Made by a program: the position numbers and the translations under genes. The notes beneath the pieces are model-generated. The model was not told the origin of the DNA. It ran no database searches and was given only the letters and a program-made list of their open reading frames with translations. This document shows, piece by piece, positions 1 through 13,629 of a stretch of DNA of 64,000 nt. Source of the stretch: Octopus sinensis. Lineage: Eukaryota. The stretch's first letter is position 1. Every line of letters starts with the position of its first letter. The DNA lies in assembly GCF_006345805.1 (NCBI RefSeq), contig NC_043000.1:136710001-136774000 (forward strand). Reading direction: 5' to 3'.

Positions 1-441
1 CGTATGTGCAGTAGCAAACAATAACATCATAGAATGTCAATTTGACTAAAAGACCTTTTTATTTTTACCAATATATGAAACCACAATTATCATACTTCCA
101 ATGTGACCTCTGTGTTATAGAAGTTCATAATCAAGAAAAATCACTATTTTATATTTATCCTCAAAAGATGAAGACATTCCATAGAGCATTACACATAACT
201 TGGTGGGTCCTCAGAAAACAAGGCATAAACTGAATGATAGTGAGACTGTCAGATGCCTTACATGAAGCATCTACTAGTAAAGTTAATGTTGGCAACAAAT
301 TCAATAATGAAATATTTACAGGCATTTTTTTCTCCAAGACTTTTGATTGACTCTTTTCTGTTACTTATATTTCTACAAGTTATTAGGTAAGAGTTGAACA
401 CTGCATGTCCTGGGAAACTTTTGTATATTGATAACCTGGTT

Positions 442-778
442 CATCATCATCATCATTAACGTCTGCTTTCCATGCTAGCATGGGTTGGACGATTTGACTG
501 AGGGCTGGCGAACCAGATGGCTGCACCAGGCTCCAATCTTGATCTGGCAGAGTTTCTACAGCTGGATGCCCTTCCTAATGCCAACTACTCTGAGAGTGTA
601 GTGGGTGCTTTTATGTGCCACCGGCACAGGTGCCTGTAAGGCGATACAGGTAATGATCACGCTCAAATGGTGCCTTTTACATGCCACTGGCATGGAAGCC
701 AGTTAGCCGCTCTGGCAATGATCATGCTCGGATGGTACTCTTAGCACCCTACTAGCAAGGGGCTCAAGTGCCAGAAAA
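442..778 (-). mobile_element. SINE-like family B copy ((ATG)n-tailed retroposon)
   Basis: (CAT)n followed by ttaacgtctgctttccatgctagcatgggttggacg...ggatgcccttcctaatgccaac, shared with >=8 other copies in the window. Confidence 0.8.
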
Positions 779-1100
779 TCTGCTGGTAAGTTTTAGGGAA
801 AGTTCTAAAGCCTAAGTTATAGGCATGAAAATATTGTTGCCTTAGTAATGTTCAGTCATGAAGTACTTTCTATGATAAGCTTCTTATTTGTAATATATGT
901 CATCTTTACATTATTGGGTTAGGCATAAGATATATACAAATAGATCATTTGTATACATTAACACTTACATGTTATATATACACACTTGTATGTACGAGTA
1001 TGTGTCTGATAACTAGACACACAAGAATCTCATATCACATATCTAAACTCATCTAATTGAGGCATTCATTCACTGAGAATGCTTTACAACCAATTAAAAA

Positions 1101-3630
<2,530 letters not shown>

Positions 3631-4718
3631 TAGAGAAGATGATAGTTAGAAAGGAAGGTGTGAGAGATTTAGTAATATTTGTATGAAGGTGATAGAGGAG
3701 TCAGGTGGATGGAGGCACACGTGGTGTGTATGTAGGAGTGTGTGAGATATTTACTGAAGAGAGTTTAAAATTCATTAGACATTATCGAAAACCATTTTGA
3801 CAGTTTGGGGTGAGGAAAGAAAAATAAGGCAGTGAATGACTATTTTGTCACGCAAATGAAAACCTAGTATTAATTTGTCTGACAATATGTGTTTGGGCAA
3901 ACCTATCTATTTACAAATAGGTAAATAATAGAAAAAAATCTTTAAATGAGAATACCAGTATGTTTAAAAACAACTATAATATATGAACAACATTATAAAT
4001 TTCCAGCAAAAAACAAAAATGAGATTGTAACAACAAAACAACTGCAGCACTCCTTCCTCCTCACTAACAACAAAATTATCGTTAGTACCAACTAGTAACA
4101 TTAGTTATATTATCAATAATATTGGTACTGATTTTTAGTATTGATGCATAGACACAAAGAGCTTATGAAGGTTGTTGTCAGAATGAATGCCTTTAATCAA
4201 CTTCAGTACAGATTTGGTACCTCTTTTTCTATTCCCCAATGGGATAAGATATATAGCTAATGTCAATAAGAAAGTCAGATGTTCTATCACACATGCTATT
4301 CCATTCTTTTTGGTTCATATATCACTCTATTCTATAAACTAATTCAGGAAATAAATGTCTCTCTATCCAGTAATCTAGATATCTAATTATTGATTTGTCT
4401 TCTACATAAAAGCTCTATATGGTATTTTGTCAAATCAAATATAACAAGATATTTCTTTTACCTAAACCGTATACAAATCATACAACTCGTTTGATAAAAA
4501 ACAAACCCAATGTAGTAATAGCTGTACAAAGAGTTTCAACAGTGTAATAATGAGCAAATTTTGAAAAGCTAATATGAACAATATCCTAGTAATCTAGGAG
4601 ATATGAGACCTGTTACTTTGAAAAAAATTATGCAAAGTGCAGTTAATATTTGAAGCAAGTATCTCAGAAAAAATTAAATTTTGTGTACAAAGACAGCATT
4701 AAAAGTCATTTCCCTTAG

Positions 4719-4767
4719 CAAATGTCAATCTTCAGGACTTAAGAAACAAGAAGCCTTATCTAGATGT
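4719..4767 (+). CDS. Candidate 49-nt internal exon (ANVNLQDLRNKKPYLDV or KCQSSGLKKQEALSRC), unknown gene
   Basis: catttcccttag acceptor and gtaagt donor; two open frames; one frame continues in phase into 5896-5986. Confidence 0.25.
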
Positions 4768-5045
4768 GTAAGTAATGAAAATACCAATGTGTTGACTATT
4801 TCTATATTAAATTGTCACCCATCAAATTTAGTATGGGGCAAGCAATACATATAATGCACTGCAGAGAAATGATATATACTAAACAAAATGACTCTTTAAA
4901 CAAAGCATGGACACATCATCCAAGTGTCAAGGTAAAATACATACATACATACATACATGGCTAAACTGGCAACATGACCATCCCCAAATACAACAATACA
5001 TGTAAATACATGAGTGTTTATCCTCTGAATATTTTATATATATAT

Positions 5046-5162
5046 AATTAGCTACACTTCCCTTGTGATGTAGACGTGCTTGAGACAGTGTGTAGTTTAA
5101 ACTTTGGTTGGTTCCACTTCTTCACATTCAGCAGATTGTGTCTCTTCTTGTTTCTATTTCCT

Positions 5163-5207
<45 letters not shown>

Positions 5208-5236
5208 CAAAGTGTCTCTTCTTGTTTCTATTTCCT

Positions 5237-5284
<48 letters not shown>

Positions 5285-5410
5285 CTAGGAAATAGAAACA
5301 AGAAGAGACACTTTGATTAATCTGCTGAATGTGAAGAAGTGGAACCAACCAAAGTTTAAACTACACACTGTCTCAAGCACGTCTACATCACAAGGGAAGT
5401 GTAGCTAATT
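5046..5410. repeat. Perfect inverted repeat (92-bp identical arms) around (TA)n tracts
   Basis: 5046-5137 is the exact reverse complement of 5319-5410; inner motif gtgtctcttcttgtttctatttcctagata occurs twice forward and once reversed. Confidence 0.95.
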
Positions 5411-5587
5411 TTAATGAGAGAAAAAGATCATATTTTCTCAACTTAATGCACTGAATATAGCTTGATGCATTCATCTGCATAAATATATATATGCATGTAT
5501 ATGTATATATATATATATATAATATATATATATATACATACTCACAACACACACACACATATAAGTGCTCAAATGATCTGAACTTAC

Positions 5588-5633
5588 ACTCCAAAGTCTT
5601 TATCAAAGACTAGGTTCACAGGGTAAAGAGTGT
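5588..5633 (-). CDS. Candidate 46-nt exon (xTLYPVNLVFDKDFGV), unknown gene
   Basis: Minus-strand acceptor ccagatttctcttatag and donor GGAGT|gtaagt; open protein-like frame. Confidence 0.3.
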
Positions 5634-5895
5634 CTATAAGAGAAATCTGGATGAGCAGATTTGGGTGGAGGCAGTCATGCAGATAAACATGCTTTTGGCT
5701 TGATATATAAAATATAGATACATATACACATGTAATTATACATAAGGATATATACATGTATTCACATGATGAACACTCATTTATGTACATATAGATATTT
5801 ATATATTTACAAAATAGATAATAGTTATTTGGTGATCTTTCCACCCTAATGAAGGAGGTTGGTGTTACAATAATGTTTATATGCATCTTCTACAG

Positions 5896-5986
5896 GTTGC
5901 ACATGCTTGAATTTTTGTACAGTCCATCTGCCAATTATGAACAGAAACAGCTGTTGGATTTAAAACACCACCTGTTCTCCCCTTAG
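5896..5986 (+). CDS. Candidate terminal exon (LHMLEFLYSPSANYEQKQLLDLKHHLFSP*)
   Basis: gcatcttctacag acceptor; phase-compatible with 4719-4767; no recognisable homology. Confidence 0.2.
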
Positions 5987-6224
5987 TTTTCTATATGGTT
6001 TGTACTCTGTGTAAATTTATATATTTTGTAAGTATATAAATATCTATATGTAAATACACTTATATATTCGCTTTGCAAGATTCTTGATGTGAAGTCGTGT
6101 CTTGAAACAGATATTGTTGTATTTGGGGATGGTCATGTTGTCAGTTTAGCCAATAAAAACACACGCACTATATATTTGGTGTTAATTTGCTGCAGCTTTA
6201 TTTTTTACATTAATCGTTTTTCAG

Positions 6225-6264
6225 CCAGAGTTCTTTCGTCACACTTCTGTGACCTCATCAGTGG
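6225..6264 (-). ncRNA. Minimal type I hammerhead ribozyme motif
   Basis: CCA-CUGAUGA-G-GUCACA(GAAG)UGUGAC-GAAAG(AA)CUC-UGG: intact core, 6-bp helix II, 3-bp helix I. Confidence 0.7.
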
Positions 6265-6492
6265 TCCTTTGCTTCCTTCTTTCTTATTTGTGGGTCTTCC
6301 TTACTAATGATCAGCCATTTTGTATTTTGTATTCTTATTGCATGAGTCTTATTTGTGCATGCATATACCCTTATGTGTGTCTATGGGGTATACGCATGCG
6401 CAAATAAAGACACATACAATAGGAATACAAAATACAGAATGGTTGATTGTTAGTAAGGAAGACCCACAAATAAGAAAGAAAGAAGCAAAGAA

Positions 6493-6532
6493 CCACTAAT
6501 GAGGTCACAGAAGTGTGATGAAAGAACTCTGG
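6493..6532 (+). ncRNA. Degenerate hammerhead motif (G5A core mutation), partner of 6225-6264
   Basis: CCA-CUAAUGA-G-GUCACA(GAAG)UGUGAU-GAAAGAACUC-UGG. Confidence 0.55.
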
Positions 6533-6870
6533 ATGAAATACGATTAATGTAAAAAATAAAATAAAGCTGAAGCAAATTAACACCAAATATATAGTGTGTG
6601 TGTTTTTATTGGCTAAACTGGCAACATGACCATCCCAAAATACAACAATATATGTAAATACATGAGTGTTTATCCTCTGAATATTTTCAGGTTTTGTTTC
6701 TCTCTCCACATATCCCTATGTATATAGATATATATATACATATGTGTATATGCATGTATCTGTATTTTATAAATCAAACCCAAATGTGTTTATCCGTATC
6801 ACTATATATACATGTACACAAACACACACACTCACACACACACACACACACACATATATATACATATATA

Positions 6871-7260
6871 GTGTGGCTGTGGGGTAAGAAACTTGCTTTC
6901 CAACCACATGGTTCTGGGTTCAGTACTGCTGTGTGACACCTTAGGCATGTGTCTTCTACTCTAGCTCAGGCCAATCAAAGCCTTGTGAGTGCATTTAGTA
7001 GATGGAAACTGAAAGAAGCCCATTGTATAACATATAAATATGTATATTTATATATATGTGTGTGTCTGTGTTTGTCCCCCACCATCACTTCACAACTGAT
7101 TTTGGTTTGTCCCCGTAACCTTGCAGTTCGGCCAAAGCAACCAATACAATAAGTACTAGGCTTACAAAGAATAAGTCCTGGGGTCAATTTTTTCGACTAA
7201 AACTCCTTAAAGTGATACTGCAGCATGGCTACATTCAAATGACTGAAACAAGTAAAAAAA
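6871..7260 (+). mobile_element. tRNA-derived SINE family A copy
   Basis: tRNA-like head (gtggctgtggggtaag...ggttcagt), ccttaggcatgtgtcttctact segment, central (TA)/(TG) tract, tail gactgaaacaagtaaaa. Confidence 0.85.
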
Positions 7261-7531
7261 TAACAGAATATATATATATATATAAAGTATTGCCTTCCAG
7301 TATTTTTCTTCTAATGTAATATATACATGCCATAACATGTTTTTACACAATATGTCTCTCACCCATATTTTGTTTTACCTTCATCAGCCAAACATATACC
7401 AAGACGAAATCTACGATGTTACCACCTTAATACTAACACACTCGACTGAAATGCAGAACACTAACAGTACGAGAAACGGTGAAGAAGTTTCAAAATATCA
7501 GTAATGCAATACAAAGTATTGCCTTCCAGTA

Positions 7532-7875
7532 AAAAGTAGCCCGTGAGGGAAAAATACACAAATTAGTAAATAAATGGCACAACTAAGTACCGATATTTAC
7601 TGGAAATAGCGAACGTAAAAATACGACGCTAATATATAGTTAATCCAAACAAGAAAGCACAAAAAAAAACACAACAATGCGAGGACGTGGAACAAATATA
7701 GTATTATTGGACGCTCAGGAAAGAAGGAGGGTTTAATGTTTCGAGCGGAGCTCTTCATCGGAAACATAGGAGAAGGAAAGATCCAGAGAAGGGAAGACAG
7801 AGGAAAAAAATCGCCAACGGTACACACGAGGTCGTTGAGAAGTGGTGAATGTCTGTGTAGGTGTAAGTGGTGGCA
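7532..7875 (-). mobile_element. PLE-type non-autonomous element with HHR motif
   Basis: Same family as 32661-32880; HHR-like motif at 7731-7765. Confidence 0.6.
7731..7765 (-). ncRNA. Hammerhead-like motif (U4C variant)
   Basis: GUUU-CCGAUGA-A-GAGC(UCC)GCUC-GAAAC-AUU-AAAC; 4-bp helix I and 4-bp helix II. Confidence 0.55.
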
Positions 7876-8427
7876 ATACATTGGGGTCGATGTAATCGAC
7901 TTAATCCCTTTGTCTGTCCTTGTTTTTCCTCTCTATGTTTAACCCCTTGTGGGCAACAAAGAAATAAGAAACAGCTGAAAGACTTCAAATTCACCTCATC
8001 ATAATTAAATTATTCTAAATGACTTGAGATACTTGTTCTGCCTTAGTTTTATTTTTCTTCTAATGTAATATATACATGCTATAACAGAACCCTGACATGG
8101 ATCCCTAGATCCAGCCTTAGCTGTGATTTTGGATCCTAACAGTCGACCAAATATAGCACTTACCCAGTGTACCTACTCATTTAGATCACAAGTGACTTAA
8201 ACCCCTCATATTCTTTATATATGTATTTATGTATGTAAGTATATTATATTATATATATATATTAGAAGAAATGAGGTACTCAGAAATTCTGATAGTTTTA
8301 TATTTACAGATATTTATTTGTATATTACATGTTTTTATACATTATATAACTTAGATCATATATTAGCACTTTCTCCCATTCTAGTGGGGTTTTCAAATAG
8401 AACTATATATATATATATATATATATA

Positions 8428-8996
8428 TATTAGGTTGATTGGAAAGTTCATGTCGTTTTATAGTAGCTTACCTTTCGACATATTTTAGAACATGGTTGAG
8501 TCCATAAAATAGGATTTGACTACACCTTCATTTAGAGCACAGTTTAAGCTATCTTTTCATCGAAGAAGGTTTATGTTCCTATAACCTGTGTTAATTCTGT
8601 AACCCTTTAAAATGGAAGATAAGAAAGTTCATTTTCAGCACTTGATGCTTTGGGAACCAGACAAAAATTGCTGCAGCTCGGCTGAGATGTGTTACCCCAC
8701 CCTCCATATTCACCAGATATTGCTCCTTTGGATTTCCACTTATTCACGTCTCTTCTGAATAGTCTTAATGGTAAAAATATCAATTCCTTGGATGATGTAA
8801 AGAGATACCTTGAGGAATTCTTTGCCATGAAACCACCTCAACTCTGGGAAGGGGGTATTTTCAAGTTAAAAGAAAGATGGAGACACATTGTGCAACAAAA
8901 TGGTTCATATTTAGTCGATTAAAATGTAATGGTAAGTATTTATTGACCTTTTTCTTTCCTTTAAAAACCAGCACAAACTTTCCGGACAACCCAATA
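8428..8996 (+). mobile_element. Internally deleted mariner (DD34D) transposon
   Basis: Imperfect TIRs tattaggttgattggaaagtt / aaactttccggacaacccaata in TA context; MEDKKVHF N-terminus joined to LPHPPYSPDIAPLDFHLF...KLKERW C-terminus. Confidence 0.9.
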
Positions 8997-9404
8997 TATA
9001 TATATATATATATATATGCATGTATGTATGTATGTATGTACATATGTATGTATGTGAGTGGGTATGCATGTATGTATCTATGTGTGTGTGTGTGTTTGTG
9101 TGTGCATGTGTGTGTGTAAACATATAACATTAATACTAAGTGACATTTTCGAAAATAATCTAGCTACATACTGAAATACTGAAATGAATATATAATATAT
9201 TATGTCTCCAGATGTTGTGTATTCTGAGCAGACAGTTTCTCATAGGTGTTTATGATCACACAACACTTTCATCATTGAAAATATGAAGAAAATTGTTAAT
9301 GTGTTTTGCTGTGTATACACCAAATCATAGAAACTGATCATATTTTGAAATAACATCATATAAGAAGTGATGCACACACAATTTACTATGAAAAAGACCT
9401 TTCC

Positions 9405-10027
9405 AAAACTATCCGACTCGTGGCCGTGGCACGTAAAATACTCCAATGCGACCGTACGACAGGCACCCCTGCCAACCCCCTTTGCTTGTGAAGACATGTT
9501 GGGGCAAGCGAAATCGAAATCGAATTGAACCAGCCAGTATCCCTGGTCTGGTGGTACGTAAAGCACTATCCGACTCGTGGCCGTGGCACGTAAAATACTC
9601 CAATGCGACCGTACGACAGGCACCCTTGCCAACCCCCTTTGCTTGTGAAGACATGTTGGGGCAAGCGAAATCGAAATCGAATTGAACCAGCCAGGATCCC
9701 TGGTCTGGTGGTACGTAAAAAGCACTATCCGACTCGTGGCCGATGCCAGCACCGCCTCGACTGGCTTCCGTGCCGGTGGCACATAAAATACACCAATCTG
9801 ACCGTGGCCGTTGCCAGCCCCGCCTGGCACCTGTGCAGGTGGCACGTAAAAAGCACCCACTACACTCACGGAGTGGTTGGCGTTAGGAAGGGCATCCAGC
9901 TGTAGAAACATTGCCAAATTAGACTGGAGCCTGGTGCAGCCTTCTGGCTTCCCAGAACCCCGGTCGAACCGTCCAACCCATGCTAGCATGGAGAACGGAC
10001 GTTAAACGACGATGATGATGATGATGA
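9405..10027 (+). mobile_element. SINE-like family B copy with about 158-bp internal tandem duplication
   Basis: actatccgactcgtggcc recurs at about 9409, 9566 and 9724; (GAT)n tail. Confidence 0.85.
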
Positions 10028-10591
10028 TACAAATGGCTTAAATAAATATTAAGAATATGATTTAAAATTCACTTATGAAAATGCGATGGTATAGCAATAA
10101 TTATCAGCATCATCTCCCTCCTTCTCCTCCTCATCATCATTTTATGTCCACTTTCCATGCCACCATGCATCAGACAGGTTGCCATGGTTGAAGTGACTAT
10201 GTTTTCAAGGAGTGCCACTCAAGGAGACAGATTCGGGAGTCTCATTTCACTTGTATTTCATTTTTCACTTCAGTTTTATAGCTAGATGCTGCTCTTAACA
10301 TTAACCACTTTACTGGCTGTAATGAGTGCTTGTTGTTGAACCAGCATTACAGAAGTTGGTAGCCATGTCATTGTCTGATACAGGAAACAGGGAGTAAAAT
10401 CATTTACTTGTGTTTTGAATAGTTCCTCAGCTGAAAATCATCTGGTGTATGCAACTAGGGAAGTATTAAATTAAAATAGGCATCTATCTATTTACACTTC
10501 ATTACTGTGATAGTCATTCTGAGACTACATCTCTTCAAAATGTTCTGTGTTAAAAATGCAATGACTATTGGAGTGAGATAAAATCTTAATT

Positions 10592-11075
10592 TATCGACCC
10601 GAAAGGTGAAGTCGACCTCAGCAGGATTTGAACTCAGAATGTAAAGATAGACGAAATACCTATTTCTTTACTACCCACAAGGGGCTACACACAGAGAGGA
10701 CAAACAAGGACAGACAAACGGATTAAGTCGATTATATCAACCCCAGTGCATAACTGGTACTTAATTTATTGACCCCGAAAGGATGAAAGGCAAAGTCAAC
10801 CTCGGCGGAATTTGAACTCAGAACGTAGCGGCAGATGAAATACCTATTTCTTTACTGCTCACAAGGGCTAAACACAGAGAGGACGAACAAGGACAGAGAA
10901 ATGGATTAAGTCTATTATATCAACCCCAGTGCGTAACTGGTACTTATTTAATCAACTTCGAAAGGATGAAAGGCAAAATCGACCTCGGTGGAATTTGAAC
11001 TCAGAACGTAACGGCATATAAAATACCATTAAGCATTTCACCTGGCGTGCTAATGTTTCTGCTAGCTCGCTGTCT
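10592..11075 (-). mobile_element. tRNA-derived SINE family C, multimeric array
   Basis: Repeated units gaccccgaaaggatgaaaggcaaagtcgacctcggcggaatttgaactcagaacgt; head ...gctagctcgc at the right end. Confidence 0.85.
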
Positions 11076-11544
11076 TGTGTTTTTGCTGGTGGCTACTAGG
11101 GTAGTGAGATAAAATATTACCCTAGTAGCAACCAGCAAGAACACAAGAACACATTTTTGAGAGATTCTCAATCAGGCAAGTGGCAGGCTGTAAGTACATA
11201 TTATTGGCAAATGCCCAAAAGGTCAAAATGGAGCTAACATTCTCAATTGCTGTTGCTGCAGCTGCTAGGATGAGTTGTTGTCTCCTTCCAATAGTTATTG
11301 TTTTTAACACAGCACATCCATAAAAGATGTAATCTCAGGACAAATACTATGGTAATTGGCATAGCAATGGTTTATATACATTGATTGTGATACATAGCTA
11401 GCTATTTTACTCTAATATTGTCTCAGTTGCATGTACTGGATGTGTGTGTACATATATATATATATACATATGCCTATATGTATGTACCTATGTGTATGTG
11501 TGTGTATACATATGCATATATATATGTATATATATATATATATA

Positions 11545-11781
11545 TACCGGAGTAAACACATAAATGTGAAACAGGGTGGAAAACAGAGTACTCAAACACC
11601 AGAGGTAGAGTAATATGCTTTATTTAAAAGCAGCAGAAATTTAACAAAAGTTTCACATTCCTGTTCATCGGACAGTTTTGTTAAAATGGTTCCATTTTAA
11701 CAAAACTGTTCGACAAACGCGAATATGAAACTCCGAGTAACAGCTTTTGTTAAATTTCTGCTGCTTTTAAGTAAAGTATAT
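11545..11781. mobile_element. Fold-back PLE-type element with HHR-like motifs in both arms
   Basis: 11613-11689 pairs with 11692-11781; left arm minus strand reads CCGAUGA-ACA(GGAA)UGU-GAAAC. Confidence 0.6.
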
Positions 11782-11986
11782 ATATACATATATATATATA
11801 TGCCTAGTGGACTGACACAGACATTTCTACCAATTTTGCTCTGAAGGCATTCATAGGCCCTAGGGATATAAAGGACACTTACATAAGGTGCTACATAGCA
11901 GTAGGACTGAACCCCAAAACATAAGGTTGTGAATCATATTTCTTAATCACTTGGCCATACTCATCTCATTAACATTCTAGAAATAT

Positions 11987-12390
11987 ACTCTTTACTCTTT
12001 TACTTGATTCAGTCATTTGACTGTGGCCATGCTGGAGCACCACCTTTAGTCGAGCAAATTGGCCCCAGGACTTATTCTTTGTAAGCCTAGTACTTATTCT
12101 ATCAGTTTCTTTTGCTGAACTGCTAAGTTATTGGGACGTAAGCACACCAGCATTGGCTGTCAAGTGGTGATGTTGGGGGGGGGGACAAACACACACACAT
12201 ATATATATATACATATACATATATACGATGGGCTTCTTTCAGTTTCCATCTACCAAATCCACTCACAAGGCTTTGATCGGCCCAAGGCTATAGTAGAAGA
12301 CATTTGCTCAAGGTGCCATGCAGTAGGACTGAACCTGTAACCATGTAGTTGGTAAGCAAGCTACTTACCACACAGCCACACTTGCACCTA
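11987..12390 (-). mobile_element. SINE family A copy
   Basis: Reverse complement of the family A consensus seen at 6871. Confidence 0.85.
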
Positions 12391-13558
12391 TATAATTAAA
12401 TAAATAACATATCTTGCATAAATATTATTTAATGTAAAGAAAAGTATTTTACATAACACAGTTTTATTATGCTCAGTTTTGATACGGGCATTCTTTACCA
12501 TTCTATGTTACCATTCTATGTTATAAAAGATTATTTTTATTTTCCTGAAACATTCTGTTATATTTACATTTGCTTCATCAGACAGAAGCCGTAAAAATTT
12601 ACTGTTCTCATGCTTTTTTTAAAAATATGTAGCAAATCTCACCACTTTATCTTATTTTGTGGTACTTGCATCTGGTACAGTATCATAAAAGCATTTTAAC
12701 CAGATTTTTCTTCTTCTTGTTCATATTTTTTACAATCACATTTTAAAATGTTTTCCTTTGATACTGTATGAAACATTTTAACTGTTCAATATCATGTACT
12801 TAATTTTATGTTATCTACTACAAGGAATGCAGGGTGTATCATTATTTTAGTTGTTTTTCTACGACAACTTTATGTCACAGATGTTTTTTCTTCCTTAATT
12901 AAACAAATTAATCTTTTCCATTTGAGTGATAATGTCTGTAATTCCCGATATGTTAGTCTGAATATACTATCACTTTTTAAAATTTGTTCCTTTTGTATAT
13001 TATTCCATAATTAGTCTACAGATTCATAATAAGTTCTACTAGGAAATCATAACTTACTAACTAATAATAGTGTATAGAGCATAAAGAATTAAAGACCGGT
13101 GTTACCAATAAGAATAATGGCTTCAAAATGAAAGCTGATAAAATATGGCTTTCTTCATATTTCTTTCTATATTTTTCCTAACTACTCCCATATATTATTT
13201 CAATTCTGGCTAATAATTTATTTCTGTGTTCATTCTTTCAAATGCATATTTTTTTTTCTCCTTTCTTCGTCTCCATTCAAACATTATTTCATGATCCTCT
13301 ATTCATTCCTATAATTTTCTTTTAATCTCTCTGCTATGATTTTCTTTCATTAGAAACTATCTTTTCTTTTATTCTCTCTTTCCTATATCTAGCCTGTCAC
13401 TTTCTCTCGAATACACCACACACACATGCACGCAAACAGATACATATACATAAATATATATAATATTTATGTGTACATATACTTTGTTTTTGTATTTGGT
13501 TTGCAAGATTCTTGATGTGAATTCATGTGTTGAAATACATACATACATATACATATAC

Positions 13559-13602
<44 letters not shown>

Positions 13603-13629
13603 ACACACACACACACACACACACATACA

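Larger units (their letters stand above)
6070..6660. mobile_element. Inverted pair of Penelope-like terminal-repeat-type elements (fold-back, arms about 270 bp)
   Basis: About 6105-6370 is the diverged reverse complement of about 6385-6655, with a 14-nt centre ttatgtgtgtctat; each arm has an HHR motif. Confidence 0.75.

Noticed and set aside
9409-9740. Possible CRISPR-like array
   Set aside because: The units are about 158-bp tandem duplicates with identical intervening sequence and no unique spacers; eukaryotic SINE context.
9240-9989. 249-aa minus-strand ORF (and its twin at 52813-53292)
   Set aside because: Antisense translation of SINE family B and its tandem duplication; no protein motif.
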